Translations under genes and position numbers: made by a program | Notes under the pieces: generated by a model | The model's input: the letters and a program-made list of their open reading frames with translations, nothing else | What the model was told of the DNA's origin: nothing | Databases searched by the model: none | In this document: positions 29,938 through 47,197 of the stretch, piece by piece | Layout of the letters: the number at the start of each line of letters is the position of its first letter | How positions within the stretch are numbered: position 1 is the first letter of the stretch | Source of the DNA: the human T2T-CHM13v2.0 reference genome, Homo sapiens | Reading direction: 5' to 3' (one strand) | DNA: 64,000 nucleotides | Assembly: GCF_009914755.1 (NCBI RefSeq) | Contig: NC_060933.1

Positions 29938-31779
29938 CTGGCTACCCTTATCTATTGAAAAGAACCTAATAGTTAGGGCAGACCAAATGGATTAGGCCAA
30001 TTCATAGCAATCTGAACACTCTTGGACAAGTTATCTTCTCCAATGCTCAATCTACTCACCCTTTCAATCATGAATATTACCATTTGATTTTTGTGAAGAC
30101 TAAAAGCACTAGTGTTTATTAAAAACCTATCACACTGCCCAAAGAACCGGACCATCTTAATAACTGTTAATACCTCTTCTTCCTAATTCATCTCCTTGGC
30201 CAGTGACTTAATTCACAACAAGGTGATTTACCTGTTTATATGTTACATGTAATAGATATCAGATACTCCTTTTAAGAAGCCTCACATGATCTTCCAGTAT
30301 TCTTTTTCATTCTTTTAATGAATGAATTCAGGTATAAACTATCTGGAGAGATCATGCCTCCTATTGTTCAAGCCAGGCCCACTTGTAGCCACCATTTTAG
30401 CAGCCAATAGATAGACAACAATCCACACCTGCTGAAGACACCTATAGCCTAGAAATATGGAGAGTGAGCAGAAGGAGCAGAAGTGCTGAAAGTGAAAAGC
30501 AGACACACACATTTTCACAACTCTTCCCAAGATTAGACACTCCCCTAATCTCAATTTGGCTTCAGGTATCCGTGACTGTCATCTCTATTCAAAGCAGCAG
30601 CCAGAGCCATTCTCCCCAAATGTTCTCTCTGAACTCATTCTCTCACAAGCCATGTATTCTTTTGTACTAATAGCCTACAACTCTACTTTATAAAAGATTT
30701 TCAATACATGGAGTCTTTTGTGGGAAGTATCATTTTCTAAGATTAACTCCCTCCCTTTATTAATACTTGTTCTCTCATATTGGGAAATGTGAACAGTAAG
30801 TGCCCTTTCATGGGCTTCTTTCATCTGTTAAGTATCAAGGGGCCAGCACTTGAATCAATACATGCACTCTTTTAGAATTAAATTGCTCTCTGTTAGAGAG
30901 CCAGAGGAAATGTCTTCAAACATGAAATACTTTGTGTTTATCTCTTTCCTTTGTTCAGTTGTTTTGGAACACATACACCCTTTTGCCTAATTTAAATATC
31001 ACATGTGAATGTAATTATCCTCCGCCAGCATTATATAAGGAGGTGGGGGGAAAAAAGAGTATTTCCTGTTTCTAAAAATAATATTGTTTCTGAAAGCTTT
31101 TTAAAAAATAAATTGAACCATATTAAGTGTGTAGAAGTCACAGATTAAATAACACCTATGCCAACTGATTGTATTAAGGAAATAATTTGCCTCCTCAAAA
31201 CTCAGATCATTGTCTACCTGGAGAAAGAGGGGTACTTTTAGTAGGAGGTGGGATATAAAATTACTTATGCTCCTCCACCCCAACAAGTTTGGTGTTTGAT
31301 TTTCCCCACCCATGGAGAATCCAAGAGAATGCAGCTCTCATTGACTGAAGCATTTTGTAGTGTTTGGGTGGAAGGAAAAAAAAAAAAAGATTGTTAGCGC
31401 TGTACAACATTGGGCATTGCCATAGGGGAGATAACTCTCCTAATTTTCTAGACTGTCCCAATATTTGCACTGAGTTCTACTACCTGGAAACTCCTCCGTC
31501 CCGAGCAGACCAAGATAATGGGTCATCCTAGCATTTCACCTACCTCCTTTGTCATTCTTGATTTTCCATCTTTGTGGTAAATTATGGTGATTTAAATGTT
31601 GATCCAATAGTTTACCCAATAGTTTTGCTATATTATAAGCAACCTTCTAAGGTTAATTATAAGTGGCAGGTTAATCATAGGCAAACAGCTTAATGAGTTT
31701 TATCAGAGTCTACCCAGACAACAGTAACCATACCAGTCATTTTAACAGGGTGAACTTAATATAAAGAACTGTTAACCAG

Positions 31780-32197
31780 TGAGGAATTGAATATACAGAC
31801 AATGGCAAGACCATATTCAAAAATAGAACTCTGATCAACAACCTCTGCAGTAAATGGCCAAAAATGGTCAGGGCTTGGTCAATGATGACCAGTTTCCCTA
31901 TTTTTTCCTCTGCTTTCAACTCAGGACCAACCAGAAAAAGGCAACTATGTTCTCCAAACCAATCACATAAGATGCCCTCTTCTAGTTAGTCCACCTCCAG
32001 CTTTCTTATGCTAACAACCTGCAATCAGGACATATCTGGAGCCTCTCCCTTTTTTTACTGCAAAACTTTCCCACTCACATGCCTGCTGACAGCCTCTACC
32101 AAATGCAAGTAATGGTGGGTGACTCAATCCAATTAACAAGCTCTGAATGGATAGCAACTATTTTTTTTCATTTGGGTGGTTTTTGTTTATATCCACA
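31780..32197 (+). mobile_element. Solo ERV1 LTR (MER89/MER110-like)
   Basis: TG...CA ends, agaccatattcaaaaatagaactctga motif, TSD ccag/ccaa. Confidence 0.6.
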
Positions 32198-32308
32198 CCA
32201 AGCACAAAGGGAGCACTGAAGTTTTCACAGAAGATGTAACTGCAGGAAGCAGCTACCACTCCTAGAGCATGGGGAACAAAGGGAAGAGATTAAACTTATT
32301 AAAACGTA

Positions 32309-32344
32309 TTAGTTGGTGCCACAATTTCTTTTGTACCAACCTAA
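32309..32344. mobile_element. Internally deleted Made1 (Hsmar1 MITE)
   Basis: ttagttggtgc...caatttcttttgtaccaacctaa matches both Made1 termini and is preceded by TA. Confidence 0.7.
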
Positions 32345-32529
32345 ATAGAAGCTTGGAGAGAGGGCATTTCTCGTAGATCTGTAATGATAACGTGCCATGC
32401 CATAGGTTCAAACACATGCTCACACACACTCACATTATAAAATTTGTGATACATCATCATAATGGAACTGACGTTCCTTACTAAGGGACATCACAGTTCC
32501 TACTGCATTTCAAGCCATGCAATATCTAC

Positions 32530-33010
32530 AGCATATATTAGCAGTTCAAAGTATGGTTCAAGGACCCCTGCGATCCTCAAGACTGTTAGAGACTCTGCAA
32601 AGTCAAAATTAATTCCATAGCGATGCTAAGAAGTTATATGTCTTTTTCATTATATTGACATTTATACTCGTGATGTAAGATCAATCCCTGGTAAATTTGC
32701 TGGCACACAGCACAAATCAAGGCAGTGGCACCAAGTGAAAATGGACCAGTAATAATTGTATCATTCACAGCAATGTACTTGCAGGGAAAAAAAGTTTCAA
32801 TTAAGCATGTCCTTCATGAGGCAGTAAAAAATAATTTTAACAAATTTTACTCCTTGAGTGTGCCTTTTTAGTACTGTATATGATGAAATGGGAAGTACAC
32901 ATAAAATTCATCTGCTACATATGGAAGCATGATGGTTATCTTGAGAAAAAGTACTAGTGTGATTGAATTTCAAGCTGCACTTGACACATTTTTCATGAAA
33001 CACTGCTTTT
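32530..33010 (+). mobile_element. Charlie1-like hAT transposon fragment
   Basis: gcacaaatcaaggcagtggcaccaa; atgaaatgggaagtacacataaa...gatggttatcttgagaaaaagtact (degenerate RWLSRGK transposase motif). Confidence 0.7.
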
Positions 33011-37005
<3,995 letters not shown>

Positions 37006-38494
37006 AGCCGTTTTCAGTAAATGTCTAGAGAGAGAAGAAAGGATGTCAGGGGTTTGCATTCATTGAGTGCCTGGGGTCTGGGTGGTGCTGCATGCATTAA
37101 ATCTCATTTAATCTTCACAACAGTGTCATTGAGGTGAGAAGTCTCCTCATGTTTAAAGCAGGACTAATAACAAGGCTTTAAAAGGCACTGTGAAGTGCTC
37201 TAGGGAGGAAGATAAGAGCATGCAAAGCAGGCCCTTTCATCAGAAGTCTGGGTCCTATGTGGAGGCCAAATCCTGAGACTGGGAGGTAAAGGAGACAGAC
37301 CAGCAGCTCAGTCATCAAAACTGGAAAAATTAAGGTCTGATGACCCATGTGGGCACTTCCGTATTAAGTCACAAAGACTTGGTTGATCTCCTAAAGTCTG
37401 TGGCTAGATGTTTCCAGTTGTGGGAACTGTCACAGACAGTTTTTGTCTGGATACAGTATTTGTCTGGATACAGACAAATATCCAGGCAAGACCAGAAAAT
37501 GAGAGACACTATTTAAGAATAAAGATATTACCTTTAAAAATGATTAACATTCTCTATGCTCACCTCCCTACTCTCATGTGATATGAATGTTTAATGTATT
37601 AAATTTGCATAATTCATAATTCTAGAGTTCTATATTTTTCTGACAGCTAACTAAAAATTGTAAGGAAGACTAAAAATCTACTACATTCGAGTGTGTGTTG
37701 TCACACACATAAGATTTTCACATCATTGAAAAGTCATATAATGTTTTCCTAATTATATGTTTATAAGTTACAGCATTTATGTGTTAATAAGTTATAACAT
37801 TTTTGCATTAAAGATCACTTGCACTTCTTTTCATGGGAGTGCAGTAAGCACAGGAATGGATGGATGCCTTTCCGTGAATGGGAACCTACAGGAGCATTTT
37901 TTTTTCTCTATTCCTGGGCTGGAGGATGGATTGTTCCTGATTTCAAGATAAACTTGCAGTCCTGCTCAAAGAAAGTATCTTTTTCAAGGCTGTTCCTTAG
38001 GCCATCACCACCTACCATGTGGAAGGAAGCTGGATGTTCCAGCAGGTCATGGCTAGCCTTGTGACTTTTGACAAAGTCTGTAGTTCAGTCACTTGAGACC
38101 ACAGCTCCACAGGATATGATTCTTATTAGAGGACAAACCAGAAAATATGTTGAACTGGAGGTGCTGGGATCCACTGCTGTGTCATTTGCACACTGTAAGA
38201 GCCATAGAAAATGTTTTATGTGAGATGATTTATAAAATATTAAATGGAAATGTGATTAACTTACACACAGGGAGAGATGAGCTAATTAAGGCAGGAATGA
38301 TAGAGCTTACATTGGATGATAGAATTAAAACTGCACTTCATCTGCAACTTTCCTAACTTATTCTCTGGTGCTGTTTCTGCCATAGATGCTTCTACAGATC
38401 TGTTTTATGCTGTGTCTCCTACCCTTTAAGATTTAATGCAAGTGCTGTCTCTCTCTTTCATTGCAATAATCATGAGTCTTTCTTTCTTCTTCAG

Positions 38495-38727
38495 ACTGAG
38501 GCTGCCAAGTTTTTTATGGTGTCACTTGCATGTTGCTGGTGTAATGGGCCCTATGTTCACATCTGATCTCCTTTGTTGAAGGGAACAAAGCTCTTCTCCC
38601 TTGGGTCCAGTTCTCATATGGAGGGACTTCTGTTAGCAGAGTACTTTTAGAAGAGTGACTTAGATGATTGATGAGCTTGGGACAAAACCTCAGTGGGCCA
38701 GACTAACTTCAGGAAGCACATGTTGTG
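38495..38727 (+). pseudogene. Candidate decayed exon, start of an RGS22-like second RGS domain
   Basis: Strong acceptor tctttctttcttcttcag. Repaired translation LHVAGVMGPMFTSDLL/VEGNKALLPWVQF/WRDF. 3' end uncertain. Confidence 0.5.
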
Positions 38728-39114
38728 GTCTGTTCTTCCAAGCCTTCTGTTTTGTAGAAACTGGTCATTTCACTCTTTAAGAGTTCTCTGTGCTCTTCTA
38801 GGTTGCCTGTGATTGGATAACCCTAATTTGGGTGTGCAACATTAAAAGTACCACTGTTGTCATGCAACTTAGTCACATTCTCCAAAAGCCCTATTAGTAA
38901 GAAGTTGGCACTTGATCTCATTCTTCCTATTCCTCAATCTCTAGTGGAATGAAGAAAGGGGCTATTAGATATGATCCTTCTAATGTTCTAGTTCAAGGAC
39001 CATGAGAGATAAACAAAGAGTGAAACTTTGGCACTAAAAATAATACCTGGAGATTAAGGCAGCTGCTGTGGCCCAAGAGAAGCATGTTTCTTTACCTTTG
39101 GTTTTAGAAGCTTA

Positions 39115-39443
<329 letters not shown>

Positions 39444-40184
39444 GATCTGTAGGCACCCAGCCATAGCAATATATCCAGAGATCTGCCATGCAAGCCTCAG
39501 ACAGAAGCTGCTACAGGCTGACCTTGAACTCCACAAATATGATTGGACCTCATGTTGAATGCAATACTGTGGTGGATGAACCCTCCTCAAGTGCCAGTGG
39601 ATGGGCAACATTCTTTTATTTTACTGTTTCACAGGCAGATCTGTTGTGCAGCTGAGTTCTATAGGGCATTAATGAGGTTCTAGATTTAATGTTAGTGCCA
39701 TATCTAGGAAGAGAGTTAGGGATTGGTCCCTAATCCTGAATTCTATTTTTTAGTCAGTTATCAGAAGAAAAACATGAAGCAACTAACCTTAAATTCATCA
39801 AACTTTCTCATAGGCCCAAGAGTCACCCTGACATTTGGTCAGAAGGTGGCTTTAATGTAAGATCCAGCTTAGGCTTCACCCGGAGAAGAGCTGTAGATTT
39901 TGTTAATAGTCAAGTAAAAAGACAGAGGATCCTTACTATAAAGAAAATATGTCAACTTATTTAGTCTTCCTATTATAATGAGAACAACTGAAGAATTAAA
40001 ATCAAAGAGCAACACACTGGTTAAGGAGAAGCAAGAGAGAGTCTTAAGGGGATGCTTGCGATGTTAGCAAACAGACTAGACAGGGAAGATATCAGAACTT
40101 CAAGGTCAGAATAGATGAACATAAAATTTTAAAGGGCCATAGTGCTCTTTTAAAAAGTATAGAAAAGGGGAATGTATTTTAGTT

Positions 40185-40335
40185 CAGTGATTCTCAAACA
40201 TTGGTGATACTATAATTACTGGGAAACTACACCCCAGAACAAATAAACCAGAATCTCTGGGAGTGCGATCTGGCCTTAGTGTTTTTAAAGCTTCCCAGGT
40301 GGTGACAACATGCAAACATGTTTTGGAAGCAATGC
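40185..40335. mobile_element. MER5-like hAT MITE
   Basis: cagtgattctcaaac...cagaatctctgggagtg...tttttaaagcttcccaggtg. Confidence 0.7.
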
Positions 40336-43300
40336 TTAAGCAGAGGACTATTTAAATGTTTTAATTTTGACTATATCAGAACGAGTGCCTAGCCCTGAAC
40401 AAAATCCAGCAAGGAAGAAAGGAAAGATGTTGAAGAGCAGATTGGAATGACTCCTGCAGAGGGGGACAGTATGCAAGAAACTACCAAGACACACTCCTTT
40501 AAAGCCACAGAAGAGGAATCCACATGATTAGCAGTGAAAAATACTCAGATCTTCCTGAGTGAATTGTCATGAAAGATTATGATTAAAGGTGGAGTGACAG
40601 AATTGGGACCATGCCCAAAAAGTTCATGGAATTAGGATAATACTAAAGACAAAGCATATTAAATGGAAGCCATGAAGGACAATCATGGCCTCAAGTCCTG
40701 GGTTAGATGTTGGTCTGAGGGAGAGCACCACCTGGTGAGAATTCACAAACCAGAAAAAGTTGGCAAAAAAGATGTTAGCAATAAAATTATTTTGGCAGAC
40801 CCAAAACTCATTGATTGCCTATCTTTTACTTGGGAGACCATGCGAGATAAAATCTAGAAGATTATGTTAGAAAACTGTCTCTTAATAACACATTCTTCCA
40901 TGGAACGAGAAGGAATTAACCTGGTTGGTAAAATTAGACTAATTATCTGGATATACATAGCTTCCTGGGAATTGACTCCTCTTGGGAATTGACTCTTCAG
41001 GAAGCACAGTCTGATATCTGCTCTTCTACGTATGTGGCAAGCAGGGGAGATTGTGACTTGGAGGTTACATCTATCTAACCTTGAGTGCATTATTAGAAAT
41101 TCTGTTGTTGCCTCATATCTAAGCTGCATTTGTCAACATCTCTATCATACCAAAGCTGATATTTTGATCTTGCCTTCCTGTTAACTTTGTCTTTCTCAAT
41201 TGGTTAAGAACTTGGTTAAGGAAAAGGTTTATTTTCCTCAAATAAAAGATCAAAAGTATTGATCTTCAATGTTCTCTAAACTTTGCCAGATTGCAATTTC
41301 CTGAATGGTGGAAACCTTCATGCTTGTATTGACAACAGTGCCTAGCACGTATAGTGCTTCCATAATTTCTGTGAAATGAAGACTGATGTTGGTCTTGCCC
41401 TACCTTTTCACCCTGACTTAAGGATGAGAGTCTTTGTGCATTAGTAGTTGACTCTCACTTGTCCTACCTCTGACTAAGGGTGGAGCATTCTGAGGAAAGC
41501 AAGAAGGAGCTCTGCACTCCCCCCTCTAGCTGCAACTGGTTTCTTCTTAAGATCCAGCAGCAGTTGGTGGCAGCCTATGTGCAGAAGGTATCACATCTCC
41601 TGAAATGTCAAGCTCAGATGAGTCCAGAGAAAGAAGCATGAAGCAGCTATCAGGCCTTGGAGCTGGACCTGACTTCCAGCCCAGTTCAGCAGCAATGAGA
41701 CCTGGGGAATTAGGGACAGAATGTGTGGCAAAAATTCTAGCTAAATATAAAATGTTTACATCCAACACGTATCTTCTGGACAATTTCTCCTCAGTCAGAT
41801 AGTAAATTTAATATATTTGATATCCCAAGATGAGACATCCTTCCACATCCCCTCCTTAGAGCTGGTTTCTATTAATATCTTAGCATTTTTATATCCAAGC
41901 TGCAGTTCCTCCACCCACCATTCATATTGATGCATGCAAAGTTAAGGCCATAGATCCTCTTTCTAGTATTTCAATGACTTAAAGTTTTTGCAGCAAAGAT
42001 ATGGGGATTGTAGGAATGAAGAATGCATGGATAGTATCTCAGGACCTTCCTTAACCTCATTTTAAAAAGGATAGGTGTTGTAAGAGTAGCATAAGAAAGA
42101 AGGAGATTTTATATGTAAATTTCTTGAAATCCAATGAGTAATTAAATTCTGCCTGTTCAAGATAGTCCTGTAAATCATTTTTCCAGGCATTGGACAAGAA
42201 CATTAAAGGGCCTTCAGTATTTCTCTTCTGGCTCCCCTAAGCCTAAGTCCAGAGAAGGGGTCATTCTTTACAATTTTATTCTGCTTAGAATACCTGCACT
42301 ATGCAGCACCCATTCCTGAATGAAATGGAAACATTATCCCATGGACATATATTCAGATTATCTCTTTTTGTTATATACACTCTTTTATTCCTCATTCTAA
42401 ACCCCAAGCACTTTTCCTTCTTTCACATGCACTGAAACAACCTGTATTTCAAAAGATGATTAAAAAAAAACCTAATTCTATTACTCGTATATGCAAATAG
42501 AGTTGACTGTGGCTTTTTAGAATTCCCTTTAACTCGTGTTTCACTTACTAAAGGCTTGTTACTCTGCTTTAGCCTGGGCTCGGCATCATCGGCCTAGAAC
42601 TGCCAATTCCTTTAGTATTCAACACACAAATTACTTCCATTTAATGACAAGTTTTATTCCTGAATTTTAATGAGGCCTATTCTAACTTTTAATTGCTTTG
42701 AAAAATGAGATTTTTTTTTAAGGAATCTACACATATTTGGCACAACCATAAATATTTTAAAAAGAAACATCTCATGCTGGAGAACCATGAAAGACTCATC
42801 AATGAAAATAAATAGGAAAGAGCAGTTGCAGGATTAAATTTGCATTATCTCACATCAGATTGGGGCAATTAATATGTTAAACCTTAGTTCACATCAAAGG
42901 CAAAGGATGTGTTAAATGTGTCTCTTAAATTATTAATTGACTAAAATGATTTAATTACAAATTCTCTATTTTCTCTTACTATAGAAACATACTTCCTGTG
43001 TGTCACACTATTCTTCTTTTGTCATTGAATTTTGAAGTTTTTCCCCCATTGATATGGAATAATGATAAATCCTTAAAATAGATGCATTCCATTCTTGTCA
43101 GAATCCATAAAGTTCTATGCAGTTGATCTGGTTTTCACTAGTTTTCATATACCACTTTGAACCATAAAACAAAAAGTTAAGGGAAAGCAACTTCTTTACT
43201 ATATGAGAACTAAAAGAGTTACTTCAAATGAGTACTCTGCCTCTGAGATGTTACCATTTCTCTTTTTATTTCACTTGTACATCTGTTTACATTGAAAAAG

Positions 43301-43404
43301 GTTTCTAAATAAGTCTAACAAAAGTGGGAGATGGTGGTGATAGGACAAGTACTGACAGAGAAAGATTACATTCAAAGGATAATCTCTTCTTCCCATATCT
43401 TTAG

Positions 43405-43531
43405 GTTGCCTCGATTAGCTTGGAATTTTTATTTCTGTATATGGCCACCACACTCTACTTCAAAGAATGTTGCTCTCATTGAAAAGAGAGTCACTTCCAT
43501 ATTGAGGGAAGCAAAGAGAATATTAGATTTG
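43405..43531 (+). pseudogene. Candidate decayed exon, middle of an RGS-like domain
   Basis: Acceptor ctcttcttcccatatctttag and donor g|gtaaac. LPRLAWNF/LYMA/SKNVALIEKRVTSILREAKRILDL. Confidence 0.4.
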
Positions 43532-44189
43532 GTAAACCCCATGTTCAGCTGAAATTTGTTCAGTTTTTCATCTCTTTTATTTTTCTCCCTATTTTTAATT
43601 TTGAAAAAATGTAAACATATCAAAAAGTACAGAAAGTACCATAACAAACACCTATACCTATATTCTAGGAGTATAAACACTGTATTGTTTTTGCTTTTGT
43701 TTTTTAAAATAAATAAATAAAACATTGCATATGCAGTTAGAGTCCCTATTGAAAATAGGCCAAGTTTGATTTTTCTTCATTCTCTTTCCAAAAGCAACTG
43801 TTAACCCGATGTTTGAATGTATTTTTTCACTCCATGATTTTATGTTTTAACTACTTATTATATATCCATGGGCTTACTGTATTATATTATTGGTTTATCA
43901 AAATAACATGAATGGTATCAGGCAATATGCATTATATTACAACTTGCTTTCATTCTTAATATGGTGCTTTTGAAATCTATCTATATTTGCTACTTAATAA
44001 TTTTTAACTGCTCAGTAGTATTCTGTTGTATAAATACACAACATGTCCTGTTACCCAAATGATAGTAATTGAGCTTGTTTTCTATTGTTTATTTATGTTT
44101 AATTGTGACTATATTAGGACTTATTTTAGACTCCTCCCCACATTATTCCTACTAGTAGCATCTACATTTTGGTTCCATCTTGCTTTTAA

Positions 44190-44578
<389 letters not shown>

Positions 44579-45149
44579 TCTGCTTGGTTCTTTTCATGTA
44601 AACTTTCCCTTTTTGCAACCTTACAGTTTCTATTCTTTTTCATCTCATTATTCTTTAAACATACTTTTGTTAAAGTCTTTTACAGATTGCTCATTGTTGG
44701 AAATTCCTAGGCTGTTTAAACATCCACTTGTTACCTCTGTGGACTTTCTCAGGGTGGTTGTTTCCTCAAGAAATTGATAATTTTTGACAAAAAGTTCATC
44801 TTTAGTGGGAAATTTTTCTCCTCCATGGGAGATACTCTTTGAAGCAGTTCAATATCTACCTTGCCTAAATCTTCAGCATTCTTCCACAGTCCCACCATCC
44901 ATCAGGGTTTAGCCTGGGCTTGTTGCTCTGGCTTGAGTTCCTCTCAGTGTCTGGAAACAGGATTTCTCTTTCTTCCTTGTGAGGTTGACTTTACATTAAT
45001 GTTTCCTGTTGTGTATTTCATCCAGCATTTCTGACTTTGGAAGAATAATACAGATGTCTCCCCACTTTTACTTTCTAGTGAGTACTCCCAAGTCTTTCCT
45101 CAGAGCCCTCAGAGCCCTGCAACTGACACTTGTGCCCACAGAACATTCC

Positions 45150-45516
45150 TGATATGGTTTGGCTCTATGTCCCCACCCAAATCTCATCTTGAATTGTAAT
45201 CTCCACATGTCAAGGGGGACACGGTGGGAGGCAATTGGATTATGGAGGTAGTTTCCCCCATGCTGTTCTCAAGATAGTGAGTTCTCATGAGATCTGATCG
45301 TTTAAAAGTGTGCCACTTCCCCTTCAGTCACGCTCTCCCTCTCCCTCCTGCTGCCATGTAAGACGTGCCTTGCTTCCCCTTCACCCTGTGCCATAATTGT
45401 AAGTTTCCTGAGGCTTCCCCAGCCATGCAGAACTGTGAGTCAATTAAAGTTTTTAGTTCATAAATTACCCAGTCTCAGGTAGGATCTTTACAGCACAGTG
45501 AAAACGAACAAATACA
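45150..45516 (+). mobile_element. THE1D/MSTA-like solo LTR
   Basis: tgatatggtttggctctatgtccccacccaaatctc...aataca, TSD attcc/attca. Confidence 0.92.
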
Positions 45517-46240
45517 ATTCATTGATTATAGAATAAAAGAAAGAGACTTTATGTTGTAACGAATGCAATTTGTAGTACTTAATCTCTGAATATCATTTTC
45601 CTTTAGGCAATTTGTCTTCTGAAATCTAAAACTCTTTTCCATATTTCATTCTTATAAGACACATTGAGAGGTAAAACTAAAGCTTCTGGAAAATGTGTAT
45701 GATTTTATTCATAAATTTAACATACATGAATATTTTATTTGAAAGCAATGATAGAAGTATTAATTTCTAATCTTATTTCATCTATATATTTTATTTCATT
45801 ATTTTCCTAGAATTGTATTCTTTCATGCAACCCCAAATAATCTTTATAAATATCTTTTGTAAATACAAACCTTGTGAAAATTTTTCAAGGAAAGAGTTGA
45901 AGTGAAACATTGGACAGAGAAATTATCCTTGATACTTTCTACTTGAGAGTTATAAGGGACAGACATATACTGCAGAATAGGAGCATAAAAGGAAAAAGCA
46001 AAACCTTACTAACCAAGGTAGGTATTATTTCTTGATAACTCCTTTAAAATCAAGGGAGAGGAAAAATATACTCTGTGTTTGTGGTTTGTTCCCTAAGCTT
46101 AAATAACACGCAAAAATTATTTGACTACATTTTAAGAATTGGTAATATTAGCAATTTGCCAGTATTGACTTGATATTCCAAAAGCTCCGGATTAGAAAAG
46201 TTAAATCTATTTTAAATTAAAATAACCTATAAGGTTTCAG

Positions 46241-46365
46241 GATAAATTGCCATCTATTTTACTTTTTTTTTTTTTTTGAAGCTGCGGAAAAATTACAGTC
46301 CTTTGGATCCTCCTGGAAAAATTAATGGCACATAATTAACAGCACTCATCTAAAGATACTAACAT
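46241..46365 (+). pseudogene. Candidate decayed exon, C-terminal helices of an RGS-like domain
   Basis: tttcag acceptor. DKLPSI..F/EAA/KITVLWILLEK with an expanded T15 run. GT at 46366. Confidence 0.35.
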
Positions 46366-46837
46366 GTATTAAAGCCCTGTCATTTGACAGACATTTTCAC
46401 ACACTGCTATTTAATTCTATTTGATTTTTTGCTTAGTCCACTAAGGTAATAGTACCATTGCTGTTGTACATATAAAGACATTGAAGCTCAGGAGAATAAG
46501 GCAATTTTTACAAGGTGATAACTAATAGATGAAAGAGGAGGCATTAAAGATGTCTCTACCCAACTCCAAAGAGTCTTTATGATCAAGATGTTGTTCTCAC
46601 CAACTATGGGTCAGATTCTCTTTTTTATTTTGAAATAATTTCAGATTATAAGATCATTATTAATTACATTAAGATCATAAGAAAATGCAAAGCCAGTACA
46701 GAGAGATCCTTTACCCAGTTCCCCCAAATATTATATCTTCCATAAATATAGAACAGTAATATCAGTAAATTGACATGGCACAATGTGTATGTGTATTTCT
46801 ATGCCATGTTATCATGTATAGATTCCTGTAGCAATTC

Positions 46838-47197
46838 TCTGTGTCCCCACCCAAATCTCATGTTGAATTGTAATCTCCAATGTTGGGGAAGGGAGCTGGT
46901 GGGAGGTGATTGGATCATCGGGGCAGATTTCCCCCTTGCTGTTCTCATGACAGTGAGTTCTCATGAGATCTGGTTGTTTGAAAGTGTGTAGCACTTCCCC
47001 TTTTGCTCTCTCTCCCCTCTCTGCCACGTGAAAAAGGTGCTTGCTTCTCCTTCAACCTTCCACCGTAAGTTTCCTGAGGCCTGCCAGTCATGCTTCCTGT
47101 ACAGCCTGTGGAACTGTGAGTCAATTAAACCTCTTTTCTTCATAAATTACCCAGTCTCAGGTAGTTCTTTATAGCAATGTGAGAATGGACTAATACA
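46838..47197 (+). mobile_element. MSTA-like LTR, extreme 5' end missing
   Basis: tgtgtccccacccaaatctcatgttgaattgtaatc...gagaatggactaataca. Confidence 0.9.

Noticed and set aside
40966-40996. Short duplication tgggaattgactc x2 (also agaatttatttctga x2 at 49326-49372)
   Set aside because: Ordinary micro-duplications with no further structure.
42491-42498. Octamer ATGCAAAT sites (also reverse copies near 963, 18913, 37603, 42838)
   Set aside because: Expected by chance in AT-rich DNA, with no clustering.
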